DNA of 64,000 nt. Origin: Chiloscyllium plagiosum (lineage: Eukaryota). Below are positions 1-13,137 of the stretch, piece by piece (position 1 is the stretch's first letter; each line of letters begins with the position of its first letter). The translations under genes were made by a program, and so were the position numbers. A model generated the notes under the pieces. The model saw only the letters and a list, made by a program, of their open reading frames with translations. It had not been told where the DNA came from and made no database searches. The stretch is from positions 133,356,561-133,420,560 of the forward strand of contig NC_057713.1 in the NCBI RefSeq assembly GCF_004010195.1. The letters run 5' to 3'.

Positions 1-1089
1 CCACCACGCTGACCCCCCCCACCCACTGTGCCCACCATGCTGACCCCTCCACCAAGTCCCATGACATTCCGCTCATCATGTTGCACTCATATTCTGATAC
101 AAAGATCTGTGGTGAGATCAAGTTCAGGAGAGCAAGGTCAGGTTTATATTTGCAGCAACAGGGTAATTCTATATCCTGCAGCGAAGGGACCGATCAGCAC
201 TCAGCTCCCTACGTGAGGAACTGACAGTGATCATTGTCCTACGTTCCCGTTGGTTATAGCAATAGAAGCATTACCTCTTTCAAGTGTTAAAGAGGTTTTC
301 TTTCCCAAGTATGTCACAACTGTGCAGCAATTGACATTATGGCACTGCTGTGTTTGCTTAACAGGGTAGTTTGATATTCAAATGAATCTGTCAGGAGAGA
401 GAATCTGCTGCCTCCATCACCACTCAAATCCAATGACAATGATTTGTGACCATAATACCTGATTACAGGATGTGTGACAGATAAATTTTATCAAAATTAA
501 AGCACAATTAAACATTTCATCTTCTTAATTACTGGCTGTGGATTCAGCCTGATGACCATGTGCTGTAAGAAATCAGTGACCATTACACATTTTAATGGGA
601 CACAGCTGTCTTACACCTCTGCAATATTTGCGCTGCGCAACAGATCTGTAATTTATGATAAAAAGGAAAATTATGCAGTGGTTTCTTTTGCCAAAACAGA
701 TTTAAGATTCATATACCATGTTACGCTTCAGAATAATTTTGTACTCATTTCTGTTTCATGGTATGCCATTGTCTTGTTGCACGTATGCAAATCGGAATCC
801 ATTACCGGCAAAAATGTTTTCCCTAATGTTGTTGAATAAAAACCTACACTATCAGCAGAGCTTTTAGTTAAATAATATTAAATTAGGAAGCTAATGTAAA
901 TTGGTAATACTCTCTAGGTGGCAGGCTTATGTTCAAAACTTAATATAAACCACAACACTGAAATAAAATACATTGGAGCATAGTTTGGTTTATGAGAATA
1001 AAGAAAAATTCTAGCACCTAATCTTGGGAGGTTCTTTAAACTTTATGTGTGGAGCAAAGTACAAACATTGAAGGTGATTTTTATTTCAC

Positions 1090-1395
1090 TGCAGTTCCTT
1101 AGACATTATCTGAGAATTAGGGCGAGACCACTTGGGAGAGATGTCAGGAAGCACTTCTACACAAAAAGGGTGGGAGAGGTTTGGAAATCCCTTCCACAAA
1201 TGACATTGGATGCTCGATTAATTGTTAGTTTTAAATCTGAGATAGATACATTTTTGTTAAGCAGTGCTTATTAAGAGATATGGGCCAAAGGCAGGGAAAA
1301 TGAGTTGGGCCAGAGAGCAGCATAATCTCATTGAATGGTGGAACAGGTTGGAGGGGCTGAATGGCCTCCTCCTGTTTACATGTTCCTATGTTCCT
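1090..1395 (+). mobile_element. CR1-clade LINE 3' fragment
   Basis: Encodes LRIRARPLGRDVRKHFYTKRVGEVWKSLPQ (CR1 ORF2 C-terminus), then 3' UTR ...GGCTGAATGGCCTCCTCCTG...TGTTCCTATGTTCC tail. Confidence 0.8.
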
Positions 1396-1568
1396 TTGGT
1401 GCTCAACCTTGGGATAATATTCAGAGAAAGTGGCTAGTGGATAATCCCATTCTTTGTGGTTTTGACAAGTCTTTCAGGTTTGGGAGATGAATTCTTGAGG
1501 CCATATATCACTGGCAAGAGTCTTGTGTCTATATATATAAATAAGGATGTTATTTGAGGAGTTTTTGT

Positions 1569-1910
1569 TAGATTAGATTAGATTCCCTACCGTATGGAAA
1601 CAGGCCCTTCGGCCCAGCAAGTCCACACTGACCCTCCGAAGAGTAACCCACCCAGAGACATTCACCTACATTTATCCCTGACTAATGCACCTAACTTACA
1701 CATCCCTGAACAGTATGGGCAATTTAGCATGGCCAATCCACCTAATCTGCACATGTTTGGAATTTGGGAGGAAACCGGAGCACCCAGAGGAAACCCACGC
1801 AGACACAGGGAGAATGTGCAAACCCCACACTGACAGTTGCCCAAGGCCAGAATCAAACCCAGGTCCTTGGTGCTGTGAGGAGGCAGTGCTAATCACTGAG
1901 TGACCGTGCT
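1569..1910 (-). mobile_element. HE1-like tRNA-derived V-SINE
   Basis: Minus strand has a tRNA-like head, V-domain TGTGTGGGGTTTGCACATTCTCCC...GGGTGCTCCGGTTTCCTCCC and a CR1-like (AATCT)n tail. Confidence 0.9.
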
Positions 1911-2096
1911 ATATTCACAATGTGGCCAAACGTTAGATTATTAACCTGTAAATACACCTTTGCAGGCAGGAAGTGTATGAGTGTCTTCTGGTCACGTGCA
2001 GTGATTCCCCTCAAACATCAGCCTTTGACAACAGACACTAGGAAATTGCATAGGATAGGAAATTGATTGAGTGGCAGGAAACAGAGCGTTGAAATA

Positions 2097-3020
2097 AGAC
2101 CATAAGACCATAAGACATAGAAGTGGAAGTAAGGCCATTCGGCCCATCGAGTCCACTCCGTCATTCAATCATGGCTGATGGGCATTTCAACTCCACTTAC
2201 CCGCATTCTCCCCGTAGCCCTTAATTCCTTGTGACATCAAGAATTTATCAATCTCTGCCTTGAAGACATTTAGCGTCCCGGCCTCCACTGCTGCAATGAA
2301 TTCCACAGGCCCACCACTCTCTGGCTGAAGAAATGTCTCCGCATTTCTGTTCTGAATTTACCCCCTCTAATTCTAAGGCTGTGTCCACGGGTCCTAGTCT
2401 CCTCGCCTAATGGAAACAATTTCCTAGCGTCCACCATTTCCAAACCATGTATTATCTTGTAAGTTTCTATTAGATCTCCCCTTAATCTTCTAAACTCCAA
2501 TGAATACAATCCCAGGATCCTCAGCCATTCCTCNNNNNNNNNNNNCTGCTTTTATAATCCAACCCTCTTGAGATAAATGACAACATTGCATTCGCTTTCT
2601 TAATCACGGACTCAACCTGCATGTTTACCTTTAGAGAATCCTCGACTAGCACTCCCAGATCCCTTTGTACTTTGGCTTTACAAATATTCTCACCATTTAG
2701 AAAGTAGTCCATGCTTGTATTCTTTTTTCCAAAGTGCAAGACCTCGCATTTGCTCACATTGAATTCCATCATCCATTTTCTGGACCACTCTCCCAAACTG
2801 TCTAGATCCTTCTGCAGCCTCCCCACTTCCTCAGTACTACCTGCCTGTCCACCTAACTTTGTATCATCAGCAAACTTCGCTAGAGTGCCCCCAGTCGCTT
2901 CATCCAGATCATTAATATATAATGTGAACGGCTGCGGCCCCAACACTGAACCCTGCGGGACACCACTTGTCACCGGCTGCCATTCCGAAAAAGAACCTTT
3001 TATCCCAACTCTCTGCCTTC
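2097..3020 (-). mobile_element. 5'-truncated young CR1 LINE (RT to 3' tail)
   Basis: ORFs 2521-3096 (GVPQGSVLGP, KFADDTK) and 2270-2509. Tail (TCTTATGG)n. TGAAATA duplicated at 2090-2096 and 3021-3027. Confidence 0.92.
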
Positions 3021-3418
3021 TGAAATATTGGGTAAATACTAAAATTGGGAGGATATGACTCATGGTGCCCCACAGGGATCTGTGTTGGGGCCTCACTTAT
3101 TCACAATATTTATTAACAACTTGAATAATGGCATAAAAAGTCATTGGGCAGCATTTGCAGGCAGTATTGAAGATAAATTACAACAGGGTCTTGACAGATC
3201 AGGTGAATGGGCAAAGCTGTGGCAGGTGGACATTAATATAGACAAGCGTGAAGTTATCCATTTCTGACTGAAAAACAATAGACCAGCATATTTGTCAGAA
3301 GGCACACAGTTAAATGTAGTGGACGTCCAATGAGATTTGGGGGAAGTTCAGGTGCATTGCTCTTTAAGTTGCTACAAACAAGTGCAGAGGATAGTCAGGA
3401 AGGCTAATGAAATCTTTT

Positions 3419-3729
3419 TTAGATTAGATTACTTACAGTATGTAAACAGGCCCTTCGGCCCAACAAGTCCACACTGACCCTCCGAAGAGCAACCCACCCA
3501 GATCCATTCCCCTACATTTACCCCTAACTAATGCACCTAACACTATGGACAATTTAGCATGGCCAATTCACCTGACCTGCACATCTTTGGATTGTGAGAG
3601 GAAATCAGAGCACCCAGAGGAAACCCACGCAGACACAGAGAGAATGTGACTCCACACAGACAGTTGCCCAAGGGAATTGAACCCAGGTCTTTGGCGCTGT
3701 GAGGAACCATGTGCCACCGTGCCACCCCT
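3419..3729 (-). mobile_element. HE1-like V-SINE
   Basis: Same head, V-domain and tail as 1569-1910. Confidence 0.9.
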
Positions 3730-4383
3730 GCTGGCCTTCACATCTGAAGGGCTGGTGTACAAGGATCCAGACATTGTGCTGTAATTATGCAAAACCCTGG
3801 TGGGCCCCACTTGGAGTACAGGGTGCAGACCTGGGCCTCACACCTTAGGAAGGAGGTTTTGGACCTGGAGGGAGCTCAGTGCAGGTTTACAGGGACTTCA
3901 GGGGCTGAGCTCTTTCACATGTTGAGGAGTAGCAGTGATTCTGCACTACTGTCAGGATCTTGCACACAGTCCATGTGCTTTGGGACTTTGCAGCTTGTTC
4001 CAAACTGTCAGATATTGAGTCCTGGAAGATCGCTGACAATCCAGAAAACATCAGTAATCTCAGTTTCGGAGGTGGTCACAATGACACATGCGACTGATCC
4101 AGGGAAGGATCAGTCTGTGAAATGTCGTAAAGAGTGTTTTTACCTGTTCAGGCACGGGGCACACACTTTCCCCATGGACAGTGTTTCATAACTGGGCCAC
4201 ATCAGGGCTCTGGAAGATAGCAGCAGTGTCACCACTGCAAGCTGTGGCTGGTCTAACCACCGCAGTACAAGGGACCGAAAGGAATCAAATCCTGAGATCC
4301 AAGCCCAAACATTTGTTCCTGCCACAGAAATCCTGACTAGCTCCTCAAAAAAAGTCACAGGATGACCACAATATTTCCAACAC

Positions 4384-5092
4384 TCAGGAAAATTGATGTT
4401 TCAGGCCAGAGCCCTTTATCAGGAATGAAGCTGGGAGCCTTGGGAGTGGATGATAAATGGGAAGGGGGTGGGGCTGGAGGGAAGATAGCTGAGAGTGCAA
4501 TAGGTGGATGGACATGGGGGTAATGATGATAAGTTGGAGAGGAGGGTGGAGTGGACAGGTGGGAAGGAAGATTGGCAGATCGGACAGATCATGAGTGTGG
4601 CACCGAGTTGGAAGGTTGGATTTGCGATAAGGTGGGGGATGGGGAAATGAGGAAACTGGTGAAGTCCACATTGATGCTCTGGGATTGGAGGGTCCCAAGG
4701 TGGAAGATGAGGCATTCTTCCTCCAGGTGTTTGGTGATGAGGGAGTGGTGGTGGAGGAGGCCCAGGACCTGCATGTCTTCGGCAGAGTGGGAAGTGGAGC
4801 TGTAGTGTTCGTCCACAGGGCAGTGGGGTTAATTGGTGCGGGTGTCCCAAAGATGTTCCCTAAAGCGCTCTGCGAGGAGGCGTCCAGTCTCCCCAATGTA
4901 GAGGAGACCGCATCGGGAGCAATGGATACAATAAATGATATTGGTGGATGTGCAGGTGAAACTTTGATGGATGTGGAAGGCTCCTTTGGGGCCTTGGATG
5001 GAGGTGAGGGAGGAGGTGTGGGCGCAGGTTTTGCAATTCCTGCGGTGGCAGGGGAAAGTGCCAGGACGGGAGGGTGGGTTGTTGGGGGGCAT
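4384..5092 (-). mobile_element. Penelope-like retroelement (family A): GIY-YIG endonuclease end plus pLTR
   Basis: ORF 4829-5092 GTFPCHRRNCKTC...NIIYCIHCSRCGLLYIGETGRLLAERFREH, followed by a pLTR with a degenerate hammerhead core near 4390-4427. Runs into the N gap. Confidence 0.92.
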
Positions 5093-5912
5093 NNNNNNNN
5101 NNNNNNNNNNNNNNNNNNNNNNNNNNNNNNNNNNNNNNNNNNNNNNNNNNNNNNNNNNNNNNNNNNNNNNNNNNNNNNNNNNNNNNNNNNNNNNNNNNNN
5201 NNNNNNNNNNNNNNNNNNNNNNNNNNNNNNNNNNNNNNNNNNNNNNNNNNNNNNNNNNNNNNNNNNNNNNNNNNNNNNNNNNNNNNNNNNNNNNNNNNNN
5301 NNNNNNNNNNNNNNNNNNNNNNNNNNNNNNNNNNNNNNNNNNNNNNNNNNNNNNNNNNNNNNNNNNNNNNNNNNNNNNNNNNNNNNNNNNNNNNNNNNNN
5401 NNNNNNNNNNNNNNNNNNNNNNNNNNNNNNNNNNNNNNNNNNNNNNNNNNNNNNNNNNNNNNNNNNNNNNNNNNNNNNNNNNNNNNNNNNNNNNNNNNNN
5501 NNNNNNNNNNNNNNNNNNNNNNNNNNNNNNNNNNNNNNNNNNNNNNNNNNNNNNNNNNNNNNNNNNNNNNNNNNNNNNNNNNNNNNNNNNNNNNNNNNNN
5601 NNNNNNNNNNNNNNNNNNNNNNNNNNNNNNNNNNNNNNNNNNNNNNNNNNNNNNNNNNNNNNNNNNNNNNNNNNNNNNNNNNNNNNNNNNNNNNNNNNNN
5701 NNNNNNNNNNNNNNNNNNNNNNNNNNNNNNNNNNNNNNNNNNNNNNNNNNNNNNNNNNNNNNNNNNNNNNNNNNNNNNNNNNNNNNNNNNNNNNNNNNNN
5801 NNNNNNNNNNNNNNNNNNNNNNNNNNNNNNNNNNNNNNNNNNNNNNNNNNNNNNNNNNNNNNNNNNNNNNNNNNNNNNNNNNNNNNNNNNNNNNNNNNNN
5901 NNNNNNNNNNNG

Positions 5913-7045
5913 GGGGGGCCCAGGGAGATAGGGGGGGAAAGAGATTAATCTGAGACTGATACAGTTAGAACAGAAGAGAGTCAAACATCAGGGCAGGCAG
6001 GGACAAGGTCGGACTAATAAATTAAACTGCATTTATTTCAATGCAAGAGGCCTAACAGGGAAGGCAGATGAACTTAGGGCATGGTTAGGAACATGGGACT
6101 GGGATATCATAGTAAATCCAGAAACATGGCTCATGGATGGGCAGGACTGGCAGCTTAATGTTTCAGGATACAAATGCTACAGGAAGGATAGAAAGGGAGG
6201 CAAGAGAGGAGGGGGAGTGGCATTTCTGATAAGGGATAGCATTACAGCTGTGCTGAGGGAGGATACTCCCAGAAATACATCCAGGGAAGTTATTTAGGTG
6301 GAACTGAGAAATAAGAAAGGGATGATCATGATATTGGGATTATATTATAGACCCCCTAATAGTCAGAGGGAAATTGAGAAACAAATTTGTAAGGAGATCT
6401 CAGTTACCTGTAAGAATTACAGGGTCATTATGGTAGGGGATTTTAACTTTCCAAACATAGACTGGGACTGCCAAAGTATTAAGGGTTTAGGTGGAGAGGA
6501 ATTTGTTAAGTGTGTACAAGAAAATTTTCTGATTCAGTATGTGGATATACCTACTAGAGAAAGTGCAAAACTTGACTTACTCTTGGGAAATAAGACAGGG
6601 CAGGTGACTGAGGTGTCAATGGGGGAGCTTTTGGGGCCAGCGACCATAATTCTATTCGTTTTAAAATAGTGATGGAAAAGGATAGACCAGATCTAAAAGT
6701 TAAAGTTCTAAATTGGAGAAAGGCCAATTTTGACGGTATTAGGCAAGAACGTTCGAAAGCTGATTGGGGGCAGATGTTTGCAGGTAAAGAGATGGCTGGA
6801 AAATGTGAAGCCTTTAGAAATGAGATAACGAGAGTCCAGAGAAAGTATGTTCAGAGGAAGTGGTGGAGGCTGGTACAATTGCAACATTTAAAAGGCATTT
6901 GGATGGGTATATGAATAGGAAGGTCTTAGAGTAATATGGGCTGAGTGCTGGCAAATGGTACTAGATTAGGTTGGGATATCTGGTCAGCATGAACGAGTTG
7001 GATCAAAGGGTCTGTTTCCATGCTGTACATCTCTATGATTCTGAC
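5913..7045 (+). mobile_element. CR1 LINE: APE endonuclease region fused directly to the 3' end (RT deleted)
   Basis: CIYFNARGL, ETWL, GGGVA, YYRPPNS, MVGDFNFPNIDW, LDLLL motifs. Jumps near 6850 to EEVVEAGTIATFKRHLDGYM and the tail. Confidence 0.9.
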
Positions 7046-7564
7046 TGTAAGAGCAGAGAACCATCAATCTTAGTTCCAACCTGGCAGAGTGACTCAATTG
7101 GTCAGGATATTGCACTGAGAATATATCAGGAATTGGCAGTCTCCATGTTCCGGTGAGAAAGGTGTATTGTCCGTACAAATTCCTTATGTCAACATAAAGC
7201 AGGTATCCGGATGTTAGTATGTATGGCTCCTGGACATGCAAATACCGAAAGACTGTCTGAAAATCTTACTATTTACTTCTGGTATAATTCATAGTGCAGT
7301 CCAGATTATTTAATAAATGGTGACAAATTGCATGATTACATTAAGACTAGAATTCAGGAGGTGTTCTGAGGTTTGTAAGTATGGGCTGATTGAGCATGTT
7401 CAGCAAGCTACCTGAGGCAAATGGTCAAGGGGATGTATTATTTGATACAAATCCCAGACATAGGGATGAGTCAAATCCATCTAGCACTGAGACTGACCCT
7501 TCTGGTTTGCATGGCGGACAACATGTTTCAGGCCTGATGACGGGGTCCTGTTCAGGGGTTTACT

Positions 7565-7670
7565 CATCATTCCTTATGAAGGGCTTATGTCCGACACGTC
7601 GATTCTCCTGCTCCTCAGATGATGCCTGACTGGCTGTGCTTTTCCACTGCCACACTTTTCGAATTTACTC
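7565..7670 (+). mobile_element. Penelope family A solo pLTR, degenerate hammerhead core
   Basis: CATTCCTTATGAAGGGCTTATGTCCGACACGTCGATTCTCCTGCTCCTCAGATG... Confidence 0.8.
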
Positions 7671-7874
7671 CAAAGCAGCAGAATTGAGAACCTGTTTCAC
7701 CTGTGCTTCACGTTTTGAGACAACTTTCCCTTTCCAGGCTCAGCATGTGGCTTGGCCACCATCCATACCCAAGGGTGGTGGACATAAGCCCTTGCACAGA
7801 TTTGCAAGATTTCCCAACCAACAGGTTTCCCAACTAATACATCAAAGATATACATCAATACATCATTGAGTATA

Positions 7875-8250
7875 ATTAAGACAGAGATAGATAGGTTCTT
7901 GATAAGTTATACAGTCATCGAACTGTTCAGCACGGAAACACATCCTTTAGTTTAACTCATCCATGCTGAACAGATGGCCTAAGTTAATCTAGTTGCATTT
8001 GCCAGGATTTGGCCCATATCCTTCTGAACCCTTCCTATTCATATACCCTGCCAGATGCCTTTTAACTGTTGTAATTGTACTAATCTCCACCATTTCTGCT
8101 GGGAGATCATTTCAGTTATGAGTAAGGGGATTGAGTGTTATGGGATGAAATAGTAGAATGGGGTTGAGAACCATACATGATTGAATGGTACAGCAGACTC
8201 AATGGGCTGAATGGCCTAATTCTGCTCTTATATCTTCTGGTCTTATGGAT
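7875..8250. mobile_element. CR1 3' tail (+) interrupted by a second CR1 tail (-, about 7911-8112)
   Basis: Two CR1 3' UTR types. AGTTAT repeated at the insertion edges. Confidence 0.7.
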
Positions 8251-9224
8251 TTAAGATTGGGAGCTCATTTGTTTACTCAACGTCAATGGTAAATGTGAGT
8301 GAAGGATGCTGTTTATGAAGAATCTTTCTTTATGTTACAATTAAATTAGCTCTTCTAGTCTGCTTTACATAGACTACAATTAAGATGGCTGCTATGTTAA
8401 TTTGCATGAATTACTATTCCACAAAACTAGGTCACGAGTTGAAATTCCTAGTGGGGATTCTTCCAATATGCTGTTTCTCTCAGAGCCATGAATTCCTCCA
8501 CCTTTCGAAGGCCTCATTGTGTTCTGCAGGTGGTTAATCAAATTCTAAATGTTCCTATTTGTGGTTGAGGCTGAATTAACAGATCAATCTATCTCTCTTT
8601 CTACCTGGAAATAGACAATTGTGTGACACCTCTTTAAGTTCCTTCTGTCAATTTAAAAAGAAATTGCCTTTGTTAAATGAAATAAAAACCATCATAAATA
8701 CACGCTATGACAACCACATATATAAGGTGGTACCAGAGGTGAATGGAAGCACCAATCAGAGAGCAAAGGCTGGAGAAGGGGGTTGGACATCATGAGAAGT
8801 CACATCTCGAGAGTAGGCAGGTACAGCATCCGAACTAACCAACAGAGTGGATCAGAATACCTAGGGAGGTTGGACACTCAGGCGATGAGAGTGGCTAGAA
8901 TGTCATTACAACAAGCAAGCAGACTCTCTACACAGCTTAGAGATAATAACTACAGGTAGTTCTTCCATAATGTAATGGTTGTGTTCCTAGTTGCACGCAG
9001 CAGTATCTCCTCAGGAGAACATCAAGTAAACTGGGAGGGATTGGGATGGAAATGCGGAAATATGATGATGCCAAGGAATCAAGGAGGAATCAATCCGATG
9101 AAAACCAAATGGCGATGTTTCAGACCATTGTTCTGGATAAGAGATTGATGGTAATATTATAGTCACGTCATGCTTTTGTTTGTAGGACAAATTTAGCATG
9201 TGCTAACAATAAACATTTGAATAA

Positions 9225-9782
9225 GTTCAAATTTCAGCCTGCAACTTATGTTGCAGTTGTACGGGATGTTGGTGAGGCCACACTGGGAGTATTATGCTCA
9301 GTTTTAGTCACCTTGCTTCAGCAAGGATGTTATTAAACTGGAAAAGTGCAGAAGAAATTTACAAGGATGTTGCCAGGACTCAACAGTCTGAGTTATAGGG
9401 AGATGTTGGACAAGCTAGGACTTTTTCTTTAGAGTGTAGGTGACCGAGGGTGGATGTTATAGAGGTGTATAAGATCATGAGAGGCATGGATAGGGTGATT
9501 GCATTCAGGGTTGGGGAATCGAGGACTAGAGAGCATCGGTTTAAGGTGAGAGGGGAAAAGAATGAAAAGGAACCTGAGGGGCAACGTTTTTACCCAGACT
9601 GTGGTTGAGGTGGATACGTTAACAACATTTAAAAGGTGTTTGGACAAATACATGGATAGGAAAGGATTAGAAGGATATTGACCAAGTGCAGGGAAATGGG
9701 GTTAGCATGGATGGACATTTTGGTCGGCATGGACCAGTTTGGGCCGAAGGGCCTGTTTTTGTGCTGTAGGACTCTATGACTG
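9225..9782 (+). mobile_element. CR1 LINE 3' fragment
   Basis: LYGMLVRPHWEYYAQF..., LGLFSLE..., tail GGGCCGAAGGGCCTGTTT...CTCTATGAC. Confidence 0.85.
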
Positions 9783-9807
9783 TTTGAACTTAGTGACAGG
9801 GCCTAAA

Positions 9808-9880
9808 ACAAAGCTCAGCAGGTCTGGCAGCATCTGTGGAGAGAAAGCAGATGTCACATTGCAGTGACCCTTCCTCAGAG
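9808..9880 (-). mobile_element. Family C pLTR-like fragment (presumed Penelope)
   Basis: Reverse complement reads CTGAGGAAGGGTCACTGC...TCTCTCCACAGATGCTGCCAGACCTGCTGAG. Confidence 0.65.
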
Positions 9881-10399
9881 ACCTCCTTGGTCCTAAACTC
9901 CAGCTCTCTTCAAAATAAGGCCGTAGCTGGTCTAAGTTCAAATTAGAAAGCTGTGTTACTGAGTTCCTCCTTTAAAGTTTTGTCAGTTGATTTTTTTTTA
10001 TGTTGTGTAGCACATTTTATTTTTGGCGTTGATATATGAAAGTATGCCTTGCTTATCATCACTTTAACCCAATTGCCTTCTTATGGAGTGTGAAAGTGGT
10101 GTCAGGAAGAGTTTGGAGCCTATTCCTGGCAGTGGAGTTAGACGGAGGACTAACAGATGTAGAAAATGATATACCAGCACATTTTCCTTCAAACCAGTGT
10201 GACTGAGAACTCTTCAAAATGGCACTGATGTAAAAACCAATTCCAGATTTTGAAAGTTGTGGTTGAATTTTCACCCATACAACACAAATCAGATATCCAA
10301 CAATAAACTGCCACTGAATACATTTACTGTCTGTTACAAAAAGTAGCATTAATATCGAGACCAAAGATAATGTAATAAGCAAATAACTGAAGTGTATAT

Positions 10400-10720
10400 C
10401 AAGTGTTTCATGACTTCAGAATGTGCCAAAATGCTTTACACCAATGAATTACTTCTTGAAGTGTTATTAATGTTATGGAAGCAAATTCAACAGCCAATCT
10501 GCAAACAATAAGGTTTTCATAAACAGTAAATGAGCTGAATGCCAGTTAAAGTAATGGCACTGGGGTTTGCTGAGAGAAGGAATATTGGCTAGTTCACCAT
10601 TTGTTGTTCTTTCAATTGTGAAGTTGGATGTCATGAGGGAGAAGCTCTCCATAGCTTTTTATTGAGCACATGGCCTGTGGTGTATAATCTCACCTACTTT
10701 CCAGCTGAGACAGATAGTAC
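10400..10720 (-). mobile_element. Degenerate DeuSINE-like element
   Basis: Minus strand resembles the Deu domain and 3' part (...CACTTCAAGAAGTAATTCATTGGTGTAAAGCATTTTGG). Recalled consensus only. Confidence 0.5.
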
Positions 10721-11314
10721 ACAAAGTTAGTGCTGTCTCTTCTGTGATGGGGGTAAGTGAATGGAGCACCAATACAGACAGAGATTGGTTACATTCAGAG
10801 ATATAACACTTCAGGCATTAATCATGAAGGGCATCAGGAGGGAAGAGGCAACACTTTCAGGGAAGCCCAAGGAGATCACTCTCTGGAGGGAATAGGAAAA
10901 GTTGGAACTGGGATCAGTGTAACATGGTAGCAGTGCTGCACAATATTGAATAACCTCACCATTTATATCTTCATCACATAGCTAACTATTCTCGGTGCTC
11001 AGTCTACTCTAACCCATTACTCACCCAGCAGTTCAGGATTTGGGCCTTACACTCAGGTACAATACCTCACCCCCTTCACCTACCAATTGTATCAGTCTTA
11101 CACCAGCAACTTGCACCTTGATGTGCCTCCAACCACACAGCTATGACATATCACCCAATCCTAGTGCAGAATACTTGCTAACCTTCTCTCCTCTCTCCTG
11201 CAGGACAACGTACCACCCAACGGATTGGAGTGGAAATGGAAGAGTCCGGGCACACCCTCATCACCCCGAACCGCAATGGAGGTGAAGACACATTGCATCA
11301 GATTGGTGGAGTCG

Positions 11315-11530
11315 AGCTGCAGTGGTAATATCCCTGCTGTAAGAATTGAGAATGCCAGCCTAATGTTCTCAGGACATGGCTCCAATCCGACCATTGGCAG
11401 ATGGTGAAATTTGAACTCAATATAATCTGGAATTTACAAAAATAAATTACTGACTGTTGTCAAACCTCATCTGGTTCACTTCAATCCTTCAGAGCGTGGA
11501 ATCTGCAGTTGCTACCTGGTCTAAATTGCA
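11315..11530 (+). mobile_element. tRNA-head SINE, second family (degenerate)
   Basis: Homologous to 48535-49000 and 55865-56185 (GGCAGATGGTGAAATTTGAA...CTGGTTCACT). Confidence 0.6.
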
Positions 11531-12060
11531 ATCACCACCTGGTGCTACGCAAACTCTGGAAACTCGGATAGAGTTGGCCCATTGTGAGGGCAGGCCAGGG
11601 CAAAGGGCAGATCGTGTGCCAAGATATAGTTACATGGAGTCACTGATGGAGGATGCACTGAGTGATGCTTGCTGCATTATCACACCTGCCAGAAAACCTC
11701 TCGACACGCTCAAAGTGAATGGAGGGACCAGACTCCCACATGACACAGGCCAAAGTTCATAGCATGGAGTCCACCATGTGCAGGATGAAAGTGATGCTCA
11801 GTCTCCACCTCTGCTGCATACCATCTAGCTGCACTGGAGGCCCAGCGATCGATCCCAATGCTGACTCTCATAACAACCCTACTATCTACAACAAATTGAG
11901 CACAATCCTCTTAGCTCTCCCTGCCTGTAACTGAAGCCACTTCAATAACCTAACAATTAGATAATGAGGTTTTGTGAATGATTACGAACTGCTGGGCTAG
12001 AGAGACACAACTAAGCTCAATGCTAATTATAAAACAAAAATTGGATACATACCTCAAAAA

Positions 12061-12377
12061 ATCATAGAATCCTTACAGTGTGGAAACAGGCCCTTCGGCC
12101 CAACAAGTCCACACCGACTCTCCGAAGAGTATCCCACCCAAACCTTTCCCCTATCCTATTACTTTACATTTTCCCTGACTAATCACCTAGCCTACACATC
12201 CCTGAAGGCTATGGAAAATCTAGCATGACCAATTCACCCTAACCTGCTCATCTTTGGACTGTGGGAGGAAACAGGACCCGGAGGAAACCCACGCAGACAT
12301 GGGGAGAACGTGCAAACTCCACACAGTCAGTCGCCTGAGGGTGGAATTGAACCCGGGACCCTGGTGCTGTGAGGCAC
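12061..12377 (-). mobile_element. HE1-like V-SINE
   Basis: V-domain and CR1-like tail as in other copies. Confidence 0.9.
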
Positions 12378-12954
12378 CTATTGAGGAAAGATTGCGTTGA
12401 AAAAAGTGGAAGGAAATGACACTAATTGGACAGAGTTGATATGGTTAAGACAGACCAAATAGCCTCCTGTGTGCTGTATGATTTGATGAGCGCCATTGTT
12501 ACTCAGCTGATGCACCGTCTGCAGTGCAGGGGAAAGTTTTAATTGCTTGGCCTGTGTGTAGTGTCACTGATCATTTTGTTGTTTGGAAGCCTTGCCTGAT
12601 GGATGCGCAAGAAGGCAGCGGGTGGGGTTAGATGCCTCACGGGGGGCAGGGGAATTCTTATACCTCACTGCCTGGCCCTCTGGACTCTCAGGAGTTCAGC
12701 TGGGTGGTACAGTCTGCAGTGTAAAGAACATAGAAATAGAAGTAGGACCTTCATCTTCTCAAGCCTACCCCAGCATTCTTTAAGGTCACAGGCCTCAGAC
12801 TTTAACTCCTCTTTGTGCCTGCTTCTCATAGCCCTCTACCCCCTGATATACAAACATCTATCTGTGGCTAATTATCTATCAATGGGGTTAACTATACCCC
12901 TGGGTCTAAGAATTAGCTCCCTAGTACATGTGACAGGACTACTATGTCATGACC

Positions 12955-13050
12955 TGAGCAAGGGCTCCCGCCCGAAACGTCGATTCTCCTGCTCCTCAGA
13001 TGCTGCCTGACCTGCTGTGCTTTTCCAGCACCACTCTAATCTTGTCTCTA
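12955..13050 (+). mobile_element. Penelope family A pLTR fragment
   Basis: AAGGGCTCCCGCCCGAAACGTCGATTCTCCTGCTCCTCAGATGCTGCC. Confidence 0.8.
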
Positions 13051-13137
13051 TTACCATCATTCATATATAGATATGTTCATTAAAACCTGGAATTGGTCAC
13101 CCACTTGAGTGTAGACCTGACCTTACCAAAAGGTAAA

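Larger units (their letters stand above)
2035..3900 (+). mobile_element. Old CR1 RT fragment interrupted by a younger CR1 (2097-3020) and an HE1 SINE (3419-3729)
   Basis: Collinear pieces GRKQSVEI / THGAPQGSVLGPHLFTIFINNL / PHLEYRVQTWASHLRK either side of the insertions. Confidence 0.75.

Noticed and set aside
4685-5984. Long ORFs of 285-422 aa
   Set aside because: Artefacts of translation through the 819-nt N gap, plus antisense Penelope frames.
7160-7215. YVDIRNLYG resembling a PolB motif A (YLDANNLYG) of Polinton or adintovirus
   Set aside because: Downstream residues do not fit the motif and there are no other polymerase motifs nearby.
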